Below are positions 13,601 through 25,410 of a DNA stretch of 64,000 nucleotides, one piece after another. The position numbers and the translations under genes were made by a program. The first letter of the stretch is position 1. The number at the start of each line of letters is the position of its first letter. Origin of the DNA: Raillietiella orientalis (taxonomy: Eukaryota); the NCBI GenBank assembly GCA_036172245.1, contig JAYWIR010000021.1:868001-932000 (forward strand), written 5' to 3'. The notes beneath the pieces are model-generated. The model made no database searches, was not told the DNA's origin, and was given only the letters and a program-made list of their open reading frames with translations.

Positions 13601-13700
13601 TCCCCCCCGCCCCCGCCTCATTAGACGGGTCAACCACCTGTATTCACCGGGTCACTTTCTCCCCAACACGGTGACTGAAGAAGGCGGTGAGTCCTTGGTC
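10690..13700 (-). mobile_element. Decayed L1/Tx1-like LINE, endonuclease to 3' end, copy B
   Basis: Degenerate motifs occur in the expected order on the minus strand: RRIDRR (APE, ~13250), PLKLN, RARFDEVS (AFDxV, ~12610), GTPFRP (QGxPLSP, ~12500), YAVHI (YADDI, ~12405), GYSLNPGR, SPRSGGLRRP (GGLG, ~11910), PTCSAPTFGLVDESTSH (CCHC-like, ~11130), then a T-rich 3' UTR. Confidence 0.55.
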
Positions 13701-14089
13701 CTGCAGCGCGACGAGGGCGCGGGGGTCGCACGAGCGTGCTCGAATGCTTTCCTTGCGTGAGGAGAGGGTGGGGCTACCCCACCCAATCCCTGCCCACCAG
13801 GACCGTGGGTTGGCCACCGTCGCCCAGGAGCTTCCCGGAGTGGATCCCGCTCCGGGGACAGCGCCGGGCTGCTCCGGGAGCAGTCGCGCCAGGGGGTTTC
13901 CATGTTATCCCTCGCGAGAGGGGTGTGGATCGACCTCCCTTGACCACCTAAGCCTTGCTAAGGACACGCACCAGTCATCTAACCTCCTGGTCAAGACCTC
14001 GGGTCAGCTGAGCACCTCGCGAAGGTCACGGGAGCTTCAGCACAACTCCAGAGCGACACTTGTCCCGGACAGCCCAGGACAGTCCATTT

Positions 14090-15180
14090 CAAATAAATAA
14101 ATAAATTATATGGTCGCAGATAAAGAAGGGAGGGCATAATTCGGCCCGAACCAAAGGGGCTGCCCTCTCGAAGGACAGAACTCGAGGGAATGGGAGATGG
14201 ATAAATAAGCAAATGGGGCGGAGTGGACCGGTCTCACAGCATTTCGCCTCCTTACCGAGTGTCTGCGTCGGGTGAGGGAGGGTCTGCTCCCGCCGGTTCC
14301 CGATCGGCCTATCCAGGGGCGCTCGCAGGTTCCCTCGTTTCCCGGACTGGACCATTTCGCCGCCCCCCTCCACCACTGCTCGCGCGCGTGACAGGGGATC
14401 GCCAGCGACCGGCACGCCTGGAGACATGACCGTCTCTCTGAGGCGGTCACCGGGGGAGGGGAGGAAGTGACTCAGCTACGCACCCCCATACCGACGCGGC
14501 CTTCCGCATCCCAGCGGCGCGGGTGGGGTCGCTCCCCGGGTACTCTCCCCCGATGAGGCGTGGCGGCATCCCTCGCTGTAGAGGGGGGGCACTCGGTGCA
14601 CCGGCAGGACGTCGGTCCGTCGCCGCCGGAGTCGTCGCCAGCGAGAATCCGTACGCCTCGCGGTCCGCCGCTGGTGCCGGGGAGAAGGGGAGACGGATGC
14701 GTCGACGACCCCAGAGGATCCCGAAGTCCTCCCGGGGAGGGGGAGGGGTGGGAATCCCCAGAGATCCCATCCATCCGTGGGGATGGAACCTGGTGCGTGA
14801 CCGGGCGAGCAGCCCCGTTTCCCAGCTTAGGAGCGGGCCGTCCCTCGCGCCCGCGGTGGAAGAACGCCGCCGACCTGCACGGAGAAGTCCCGCTTGCTTC
14901 CAGCCTTGACGCGTCGAAAGAAGTCGGACGCAAGTTCTGCTTCCGGGATCCGCAGTCCGCGGTGCGCGCGTGCCCGCCGGCGTTCGAAACTCGAGGCCTC
15001 CGCTCGCACGCCGGCGAGCATCGCTGCTGCTCTCCCGCTCCCGTCACGGATCGCCCTCCTGTCGATCCTGCGCGTCACGCACGAGGGCGTGGGAAGAGGA
15101 AAACAAAAACGCGGGCGTGTGCGAGCACGTGCGTCATCACCCGCTTCCGGTAGCCTCTCGCACGCGTACAACCGAACCAC
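14090..15180 (-). mobile_element. Internally deleted L1/Tx1-like LINE remnant, copy C
   Basis: RRIDRR endonuclease motif (~15060; 23 bp identical to copy B), CTECPP zinc-finger-like segment (~14590) and a TTTATTTATT-type 3' end (~14095) with a GGACCGGT-containing UTR segment resembling copy B. Confidence 0.4.
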
Positions 15181-15649
15181 GTGTCGAAGCAGCGCGCGTG
15201 CTGCCAGCCAGCCCCGGCGTTGTCACCGGCGCCTGAGCGTTGCCCGCAGGAGCCGCTGCCTCCGCGTCACACCCCTTTCGGCGAACTCAGCAGAGGGGCG
15301 CCGAAAACGCGGGACATTCTGCACGCCTCCCCTTCGGGCTCGCGCAGCTTCCCTCTGCGGAAAGAGACTTATGGCGAAAACCCCTTTCCTCACGAGGAAC
15401 TTGGCCTCCGCGTGCATGATGCATCGATGCAGCTGTGGCGTGGCAACCACGAGAACCAAGTGATCAATTGCAATCGTGGTCGCGAATTGCCTCAGCCACG
15501 TACTGCTCCCAGCAGGGACAGGAAGCAGTTGCCAGGCTGCACGGGTGGGCGTGTAAGCCGCAAAAGCGCTGATCGCGTGTTTCGAGCGCTCGCGCCCGGA
15601 TGCCACCCATTGGTTCAACCGGGGGGAAAAAAAAGCTAAGGATGATGTA

Positions 15650-16950
15650 AGAGTGCGTAAAGCACAGAGTTTGCAAGCTGCAGCGGGGTTGAGGCCGCGT
15701 AGACCGAAGGTCGAAGAGCTTGGAAAACATGCATACGCAGCAAGGAAGCCGTCAGTGGGGCACAAGGAGCACAGGCAGCGCCATGAGGAAATCCCGCTTG
15801 TTGCAGTGCGTGCTACGCGGAAGTTTGTGAAAGACTCGGGAGCACCCGATTATGAATCTTTTTCGAAGGTTGTAGAGCAGCTGGAAAGATACGGAAGTGC
15901 ACCATCTACATTTTCCATACGGCCAAGCTGTGTTCAGAAGGCACGCAATTCTGGTTAACCAGAATTAATTATCCTTAGAGCAACGGATGCGCCGATCTCC
16001 ACGCGGAAAGCTATTCCCGACCCAGCTGTTGTTCTCCGTGGAGGAAATCCACTCTACGAATTCTGCATTCTACGCAGCTTTGCTTTTTCTTCGCACAGTT
16101 TCTTTATCATTGCTGATAGATAGATCGCAACCAAGCTGAGACGGTAAGAGACCGATGGGGCACTGCAAGTGACGTGAGAAGGCAAGCACCGCACGATGCA
16201 CATCCAGTTCGTTGTAAATGCACGAAATAGCGCTGGCGTTGCCAGGAATTCAGTTACACCGTTGGGATTCCGCCCTCATTACTATTGGGATAAATCCGAT
16301 ACGGACGGGAAAAAGCCGCGTACAGCCAGTCAAGACAGAAACGAATTATGCCAACGCTGCGCGTGTACAGAAATCCTTCCCGGCTGCGGATCCCCTCGAT
16401 CCGTAACACGGAAAAGTTCTCGAACTTGCCGAAGCTCGCAAAGTGTGTTGAAACAACATCTGAATTCTTCAGGCGTTGCATAAAAGCAGGCAAACGAGCA
16501 GTTTCCTGCGCGGCAAGCCCACGGCGAAAGGCTCGTTCGCGTCGCGGAGAGAGAAGAACTTGGCAACTCCGTGCGCGTTCCCGGTCCTATAAGCGCGGGG
16601 TGCCAGATATCCATGCCACATTTTTCCGAAACGAAATTGCTTAATGAGCGAGCCCTGCGATGAGCAGGCTACCGGAAGTTGTTGTAAGTCAGCAGATGTA
16701 GCAGATGGAAATTTCTTACCAAGGCGAGACGTTTGTTTATTATTTACTTTTTGCTGTCTGTTGATCAGCGGCAGCTTCTCAGAAATCAGCTTTTCCCTCG
16801 TGAGTGGTTGATTAGGAAGGAGACCACGCTGGTCGGAATGGTGCAGAAAAGGGCAGTTGAATTCATTCGTTTCGAGCAAACCAACCCCTATTTAACGTGC
16901 TCGAGCTCAAAAGGCTAAATCGAGAAAAAACGCTCATCCAAAAATCACTT
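15650..16950 (+). mobile_element. Possible decayed MULE (Mutator-like) transposase
   Basis: Stop-interrupted frame FAFSSHSFF...ETDGALQVT*EG...VTPLGF(ALIT) resembles the MULE catalytic block DAT(Y)KLIWQG...HPFGLAV. No terminal inverted repeats identified. Confidence 0.28.
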
Positions 16951-17480
16951 CGAGCATCAAAGATAAATGTTAGCAGTCTTCTTCTTCGTATTTGCCAAAG
17001 TGAAGCAGTAGGGGGCCAACTTGGTACATGCATCGGGATTCCAGAACGGACGGCTCGTCTTCTGGGCGAAAAATAGGTCCGATGGTCCCCGTACTTGTTT
17101 TGGAACCGTGTCTTATGTTTTGCAACAAGTTATTCGCAACCCGGATATCGGAGTGTTCACCGCTCCCGCGAGTTCGCTCAAAGGGGTGGCTGGAAGGCCG
17201 TTCTCGGCGCCTGCGATGGTTTCGCAGGTGCAGACTTCACGGAGATGGGAATTGGAAAAGCATCTTCTGCGAGGGTTCACTGGGATTTTTTTTTCTTTTT
17301 ACGAAAAAGAGAGGAAAAGGGAGAAGGAGCCAAGTCGAGTCCCCCCCCCCGTTTTTTTTTTTTTTTCTTTTTTTTCCTTCCTTCCCCCTGCCCCCGTCCC
17401 GGGGCCTTCGGGCTCCCTCGCGGGGGGATGTGTGGGGGAGGGGGGGGGGGAAGAGGCGGTCCAGGAGGTGCCTCCCAGTG

Positions 17481-17623
17481 AATGGCGCCGCCGCCATTGG
17501 CTTCACAGTCGCCGCACAGTCCGCGTGACCGTGCTGATTGCGTTGACAGGTGTGTTGCCGGGGTGCGGTGTCGTGCCGCTGCCGCCTCGTTTGCTTAAAT
17601 TCACGGCTCAGTCTCTCTCCCAG
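17481..17623 (+). promoter_or_regulatory. Putative MetRS promoter/5' UTR: inverted pair of YY1/Pho-like cores and a probable 5' UTR intron (17550-17623)
   Basis: AATGGCG-ccgc-CGCCATT at 17481-17498; CAG|GTGTGT donor at 17550; pyrimidine tract plus CAG immediately before CCAAAATGG (strong Kozak context); CpG-rich surroundings. Confidence 0.4.
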
Positions 17624-17628
17624 CCAAA

Positions 17629-20600
17629 ATGGAGAATGGGTATGGTGTCGGCCCGATGCGGGTGCATCTCAACGAGGGCGATGGTGACTCCTTGAAACTG
17701 CTGATCGCCATAAAGGAGTTCCAGATAGAGAGTCGGCTGCTGCTGGACATCAAGACGCCTGACCACGGTTCGCATGGGTTCGGTGGTGGGTCCTGGGGGT
17801 GGGGGGGAGGTCGAAAAACGAGCCCCTCCGTTCGGGCATGAGGCCCACGGAACCCACAGATCAGTCTGTTTCCACCGAAAACAGATTGACGTCCTCACGG
17901 ATGATGGGAATCGAAACGAAAATTTTGCCATTTGTAGGGTCCGGCGCTGAATTAAACGTCGAAGAAACCAGCATCACTTCCTGCAATGCTGCAGTGCAGT
18001 TCCTTTCACAGGAACAAAAAGCATCCACCGATAAGCCAACAAATTTTTTAAAATCCAACTGTCCAGTTGATAATTTCTTGGAATGGGAAAGAACCGTCTT
18101 AAAGGTAAGTTTTACTTCGAATCACGTTTCCTGAGTGTTCTGCCATGTGAATGAGTTGTTTGGACAATGCAGTGCCCTCCCAAGTGTATGTTCCACTTCT
18201 CCTTTGAACTGGAAGTTCATATTTCAACTAAATTTTCTAGTTTTGATTACTTTGTTAGAGAGGTTTTAGTACATTTGTTGACGAAACAATAAAATCAAAA
18301 AAGCAAGCAAAAGACAAACACGGGTAGCTGATAAAAGCACAAGAATTAAAAAAGATATTTTTGAAAAATAGTAAGAAGCATTAATGTTACTTAGAATGAC
18401 CACCACCCTTTGTTGGAAGCTGACAATTAACTGTTTTGTGACAAAAGCATTCTTAGTGTAAGCACTTAAATACCAATAAAGCTCGCCCTTTGGTAAACAT
18501 AAAAAGGGTAAGCAGTATCAAAAAGCACTAAGAAAGTTTGTTTCAACGATAAAGTTTGTATTTTTTTAACAGTCCAAGTTTCCAACTTGTGAAATGAGTT
18601 TAAATTCCCTGCTTGATTTCTTGCTCATTAGCCTTTGTCTCATTGTATTGTTGATGTATAATCTTTATCAAATTTTCCACTTTTGCATCTCATTTGAGAT
18701 ATTTTTGTGTGCCAAGCAGAATTGTAAATGACAAACAAAATTGCTTATTCGTTTGATCTCGGTATGCAATTTTGCAATTGGTTGTGAATCTTGTTATTGT
18801 GAACTTCCATTGGAAGTCTTCCTCAAATAGCAGTATTACATTTTATACATTTTAAAATATGTTGCATCAAGTGATTTAAAATATGTTGTATTCTGCATTT
18901 CTTATTGTGTAGAAGTCGATTCTTTATGTGTGTTTTTGTTTGTGAATTGGTAAAGTTGACCTTTTTCTTTAAATGTTCTTGTTATTTGTAGAACTAGCTT
19001 ACTAATGTACTTCTCTTTTCTCATCGTTTTTCATCATTTTGATTTTCTATCTATACTCTCTTTAAACTAGTGGAAAAGAAAACTGAAAAGTCAAGGCTCT
19101 CTAATAAGTTTCCAAAGGGATCCCATATTAATAATTGTTTATTGATATGAAATATATTTGAAGGAATATACTGAGTTTCAGGGGAAAAAAAAATTTTTTT
19201 TTATTCTATTTTTCCTAATACTTTTAGCCTTTAATTTTTTTCCAAATGCCTGATTGAAAGTACTAAAATAAATTCCATTATTATTCTTCCTTTCATTTTA
19301 AAAGTAGGAAAAATTTTGGAACATTAATTTCCTAGAGTTCAGTTATCATGTGCCAGTTTGGAAATGTTTTGTTTGTTTGGAGCTTTTTTTTGAAATTTTT
19401 TTTTTTTTTTTTTTGAGGAAATAAAATGCCTAATGCAATGTAAATTCACAAGAGGAACCATATATTTTTGTAATTATGAATGAATCCAGTATGGATTTTT
19501 CAGTCATGTTTGTTTGTTTGTGTGGCAGAATTAAAACCAAAACCACTGTGTTGATAAATTACTTTAGTATTCTGTTCCCCAACTTTTTGGTTTCTTGGTA
19601 GTCAGCTCACAATTTATCAGTATGCTCCTTTTTTATTCTGACGTTGTTGTGCCTTTTTAATGAGATTGATATGGAAATTTTTGTGCATGTATTTTTTAAG
19701 CACCCTGGATTTTTCTGAAATTTGTTCCCTACTTGAAAACTTATGTACCTGCAATCTTTCATTCAAGCTACTTAATGTTTAATTTTATGCTTTCTCTGAT
19801 GGTTTTTCATGGTCCTTTTATTTTTGCTTATGATTAGAAGAAACGAAAATGTCTAAATTTTAGTAGATCTTGCAGAATGGCATGTTGCATAATGCGAATT
19901 TCTTTTGGTGTTCTATGTAGCCAGAAGTAGCAGCTGTGCTTGCAAATCATCCATCAATCCCAGGTTCACTTCCATCTTCGTTACTGAAAGTTTTACAGTA
20001 TTTAGAGAATAATATTCGGGGACCTTTTTTATTTGGAGTAAGTTTTTCGGTTTTTTGACTTGAGAGCATTGCCCCTTCTTTTTAGATGCAACTTTCCACA
20101 GCAGATATTGCTATATGGAGCACCTTGATACCTTTATGGAATGCCTTTTCTTCCGAGTGCTTCTGCCAATTTCTGAAAATTTCATTTTGGTTTTCCAGTT
20201 GCTATAAAAAAGATTCTTTCCAGGTTTAATAAATTTTTGATTTTTCTTTGGGGTGATGAATCGTTATCTTTTAGTCCGCGCTTATACTCATTTTCCCCCA
20301 ATTTACCTACCAAGAAACCCAAAGTCATCATGAAGAGGCCTCGACAACTGCTGCCAAGCATCATAATGCATTGGATGTCACAGATGGCATCGATTCTAAT
20401 GTATGTAAATGGGATGCTTTCGTGCATTTCTTATTGTGTATGCAGTCAAGTGCTCCTGAGGTGTTAGAAGCAGTTAGAAATTTTAATAAAGCATTTAATT
20501 GGAATTTGACATCTTTTGTTAAACCTGTGTAAGTATTTTCCAACTGTTTTAAAATTTGAGTTACCGTTGCTCTGTTAATGATGGTAATGATTGATTGATA

Positions 20601-22610
20601 ACTTGTTCATGTTCTATTTTACTACAAAGCTGTTTTCAGATTGCCTGCAAGTGGTCAGCGTAATGTGTTGGTGACTTCAGCTTTGTTATATGTAAACAAC
20701 ATTCCCCATTTGGGTAACATTGTTGGCAGTGTGCTCTCAGCTGACATCTTTGCTCGCTTCTGCAGACTGGCTGGTCATCGTACTCTGTACATCTGTGGTA
20801 CAGATGAATATGGCACAGCCACTGAAACAAAAGCTCTTCAGGAAGGCTTGACTCCAGGCCAGATTTGTGACAAGTATTTTAAGATTCATGATGAAATTTA
20901 CAAGTGGTTTGGCATCCAATTTGACCATTTTGGTCGTACAGCTACAGAGCAGCAGACTCGGTAGGTGCACATCGTGAATGACTAATGAATGTCTCAGAAT
21001 CTCCCAACACATCTTTCATTGCCTGTTAGAGAACAACTACCTGTTTGAGAATACGGTTGAGCAGTTACACTGTGCTCACTGTGACAGGTAAACTTCCCCA
21101 GCTCTTTCAATTCTCATTTCAAGTAGATTTTTGGCGGATCGTTTTGTAACAGGCGTTTGTCCTTTCTGTGAATTTGTGGATGCTCGTGGAGATCAGTGCG
21201 ATGCATGCGGTAGACTTATCAATGCAGTCGAACTTCGAGAGCCTCGATGTCAACTGTGTGGCCAGGCACCCACTATAAAATCTTCCAATCATTATTTTTT
21301 GGATTTGCCACAATTGCAGCCCTTGCTGCAACCCTGGTTGGAATCTGTCAGTGCGAATTGGTCTGACAATGCTCGAATCATAGCTTATTCTTGGCTTAAA
21401 GAAGGATTGAAGCCACGGTGCATTACTCGCGATTTAAAGTGGGGAACCCCTGTCCCCCTTTTAGAATATGAGGACAAGGTAGGATTCGGAAAATGTTTAG
21501 TGATGATCAATCTTGTTAGGTATTGTATGTTTGGTTTGATGCACCTATTGGCTATCTTAGCATCACAGCTGCTTACACAAAATGTTGGGAACAGTGGTGG
21601 TTTAACGATGACGTTCAACTGTACCAGTTCATGGCCAAGGATAATGTTCCATTCCATTCCATCATGTTTCCTGGCACTTTACTAGGGACCAGAGCTCCAT
21701 ATACCTTAGTGAAGTTCTTGAAAGCTACTGGTTTGTTTGGATATCTTTTCCATCCTTAATGGAAAAATTAATCTTTTTAATAGAATATTTAACTTATGAA
21801 GGAGGAAAATTCAGCAAAAGTCGAGGAATAGGAGTGTTTGGCAATGATGTCATGAGCACTACTATTCCTGCTGATGTGTGGCGTTTTTATTTGTGCTATA
21901 TTCGTCCAGAGACCCAGGATTCTTGTTTTTCATGGACAGATTTCATGGTTAAAGTAAATTCTGAGCTTCTTAGCAATTTGGGAAATTTCATTAATCGGTA
22001 GAGTAATCAATTTTCCTTTAACAAACATCTTGAACAAACAATTTAGAGCATTGACGTTTATTCAAAAGAATTTCGGTGGAGTAGTGCCAAAAATCACACT
22101 CGAGAATGAGGATTCCACTTTCATCGTGCATATCAATGCAGAATTGAATTCTTACTTGGAACTGATGGATGATGTCAAAATGCGCAATGCGCTACGAACT
22201 ATTCTTGCCATGTCTCGTCTTGGAAATCAGTACATGCAGACTATGAAGCCTTGGGTGTTGCTAAAGGGCACTGTGGCAGAGAAGGAACGAGCTGGCACGA
22301 CGGTCGCCATCTGTGCCAATTTATGCTGCCTCCTGGCAATTCTTTTGGACCCATTCATGCCAAACACAGCAGCCATCCTGAGGGGCCAGTTAGGCCTGCC
22401 TCAAGAGAAGTCTATTCCCTTACCGCATCATTTCCAATGCTCTCTCCAAGCCGGCCATACCATCGGAACGGTATGTATCTTTTCTTTTTCCTCGTTGTTC
22501 CTCTAAAAAAAAAGTGATTGTGTTCATCTTAGCCTCTCCCTTTGTTTACAAAATTGGATGTGAAATACGTGACCGATTTGCAACAGAAGTTTTCAGGAAA
22601 TTCAGAATAA
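17629..22610 (+). CDS. MARS1: Cytoplasmic methionyl-tRNA synthetase (GST-like N-terminus, class I catalytic core, zinc knuckles, anticodon-binding domain)
   Basis: Exons 17629-17767, 17938-18104, 19921-20037, 20086-20223, 20275-20400, 20446-20528, 20640-20960, 20998-21087, 21127-21478, 21520-21730, 21784-21997, 22047-22470, 22533-22610, all GT-AG and phase-consistent. Motifs: PHLGN (HIGH-equivalent), [65 protein letters not shown]. An alternative in-frame start exists at 17656. Confidence 0.96.
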
Positions 22611-22791
22611 GTAAATTTAGACTCATCTGGAAAAATGTATCTCAGCTGCAAAGTGCTTGCAAATCGCATTTGCCGCCATTAGTTGGAAGTAATTCGTTAT
22701 ATGACGTGCATACTCAGGAAACATTTACATCTCATTATCTCATTACATGATATTATTGTGGTTCAATTATTTATTTATAACCTGCCCCTGG

Positions 22792-22797
22792 AATAAA
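22792..22797 (+). promoter_or_regulatory. Putative polyadenylation signal of MetRS
   Basis: AATAAA about 180 nt after the stop, near the end of the AT-rich block. Confidence 0.45.
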
Positions 22798-23439
22798 AAG
22801 GATGTTCAAATTCTCAAGCGCAAATTCATTTTCCAATGCAGGAGTGTTGTGAAGATGTAATGCGAGACGGAACTGGGACTTGACCCCTTGCCTTTTACCG
22901 ATGTGCTTTTGCGTGACCTGGTGTTTCGCCACGCTGTCACGCAAGTGCCCGAGTGTTTGGAACTCTGCAGCCGACGGGGCGTGAGCCATTCAGAACCTAT
23001 GGGGGGGAATGAGCCAACAAACCGCCCGAGGCAGATGAAGATGGATTTCCGGCCGGGCACGTATGTGGCAAAGTGTCCATTTCCACACACACGGATTTCC
23101 GACGGATGCTGCAAATCCGTGCTGTCGTGTTCGACCGGCGCAGCACTCGTGTGCCGTTCGTCGGCACTTCAGCGCCTTCATAACCTCCCCTCCCCCCTCC
23201 CCCAGCAGACCGAGGCGTATTCTGCTGACGTCCCGAGCACTCAGCTGGCGCGGATTCCACGTCTTCTGCCACTGCCGGTGGCGGGCGCCCTCCCCTCGTG
23301 GCTGTGAACGTTGGCGATGGTTTGCTTCTCGGTCACGTCATTTTGTCGTCGTTCAGGTGTTTCACGATCATCTCGGAAGTTTCAGTTCACAGCAGTCGTG
23401 TTGGATGTTCACAGCACATTTGGATGGGCTGCCGTTTCA

Positions 23440-24100
23440 CGACTGCCAGATTCAGATGTCGATGGGTAGGGCCGTCGCCATGCCCGCAGCTCGCCGTGCC
23501 GAAGTCAGGGGAAACGAAATCTTCGCACCGGGTCGTTCTCCGGTGCGAGCTCTCTCCTCAGCATCGGTCCATCCGATCTGCCCCTCTCGTGTGTTCTTTC
23601 ACTGGACGCGCTCCTGAGGCACGGTCGAGCCACGGTCACGTGGAAACTCCTTTGAAATCCAGCGTATCCCTCTTCGAGCTCTTAACAAGCCGTCGCCTGG
23701 GTGGTGTGTCCCTCGAGCAAGTTCCCCCCCCCCCCTTGCGTGCAGCAGCGTTCTTGTGGCTCCGCGTGTGTGTCGGCCCCTCGGGCATCATCATTTTTGT
23801 AAGCACAACTCGGCGCTGAAAACTGCGCTTCCTCAATGTGCAAGATGCACACAGTCTGTGGAGTGCATACCTGAAAATCGAATCGAGCCCGTGCCCGTCC
23901 GACAGGTTCTTCCAGAGTCATAGTCAACATCCGGGCTCCCGGGATCTGATTTATGAACACGCTCGGCGACATCGGTGTGATGCATGATGCACACGGGACG
24001 ACACGTCCCGTTTCCGGGAACACATGCTGTCGTTTCCGTGGCGACTCCTGCGTGGTTGCCACCATTCCTCTTCGTGCCTGCAAAGGGGTTTCCGATTACG
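23440..24100 (-). mobile_element. Decayed RTE-like LINE AP-endonuclease fragment
   Basis: Ordered degenerate motifs: ARMLTMTL...FQVCTPQT (Rlm...vYAPq), GGGNLLEGHT (GDfNgHvG), DTLDFKG (iLdF), QIG (QID), PTHRHL (xHrll). Confidence 0.35.
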
Positions 24101-25389
24101 TTGACATGCTCCAGCGAAACTCAGGGGTTGGTTGAATATGGCAGAGATTCATGGAGCAGTGATGAAAACTTCTAGGATCTTCATTTCTGCTTCGCTCTCT
24201 TTCAGAAGCTGGGAAGAGACACACCAGCGGACTGAAAATGGCGTAACCATCCTTTGAAACGAACGCCCATGAATCCATTACAGTTTCATCACCAAGAGGA
24301 TTCTTGCACTTTCATAGATGCACAACTGTTTGCAGGGGACTTTTTTGTTAGGAAAGTAGGAAGAAGAGGTTTGGTTGATTCTTCACCCAAACGCCATCCA
24401 TGGGCAATGAAACCCTAAAGCGTGCAACAAACTTGGGGGGAATTCCCTTCATGCCACAGCTCCATCGATGCAAACAGTATTCTTCTGTTCGTTTTATCAA
24501 AGGCTTTTATGGAATAATTTTCCTGCCAATGCTTATGCAGAGACTCTTATTTGGTCGGTGGTTCTGAATTTCTTTGGTAACCACTTATTTGTCCTCTGTT
24601 TGGTTTGATTCAGCCTTGACCACAAGGAAAACCTAAGATTACGAAACCCTTTCCCAGACGTTAAGCGTCGTTATTGCTTCATCGGCATGGTTACGTGTCC
24701 ACGTTGTTCCCTCGACTTTGTTCTAGCTGACCACGTTAACCTTTCTGCTGGCATGTTTCCCTCCCCGACCCATAAAAGCACCAAGCAAAGCATCGAAAGT
24801 ACCCCCTAATCACATGCAGTTGGAGTTCCCCTGTCAGCCTTTATGGAGAACCTCCTGAACCTGAGAATACCCCTTTTGGTTCCATGGACTTTTTAATGTG
24901 AATCACTGGATGCAGCCGAACATTCGGGCTAGTCTTCCTTTAACTGGAGCTCCGTTTAGGTCAGGGAGACCCTTTGTCATGCCCAGGGGATCTCGAGGGG
25001 GCAGGTGCTTTCTATTTTTCTCAACATTTAGACATTCGGTCGACATGCACGTACACTTCTTCCGCAGCACTCTCTCCTTCATCCAGTTCGGGAAGAATCA
25101 ATCCCTGGCTCGTGGGCATTCCGAGAGCACATGCCGTGCCATCAATTCCGAGGACGCACAGGAAATTTCGAGGTGGTGGTGAGCTGTGGAATTCACACTG
25201 ATCTTGCAAATCTGAATCTCTTTGGGTGGGATTTCCATGTGATCCGAACTCATTCATGCAACAAGCAAGCAGGCGCGCCAGGGCTCGCAGATGCCATCCT
25301 CCCCAGCTAACTGCGTTCGTGCTCTTGGGAGGGAATGCCTGCTCAGAATCGAAGCGGTTCGAAAATAAGCTGTCTCCGAGTTGATGCCG

Positions 25390-25410
25390 CAGCAGCAGCA
25401 GCAGCAGCAG
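25390..25410. repeat. (CAG)7 microsatellite
   Basis: Directly visible; not in a supported exon. Confidence 0.9.

Noticed and set aside
13234..15073. 23-bp repeat as a target-site duplication
   Set aside because: It does not coincide with element ends and encodes the same endonuclease motif in two related copies.
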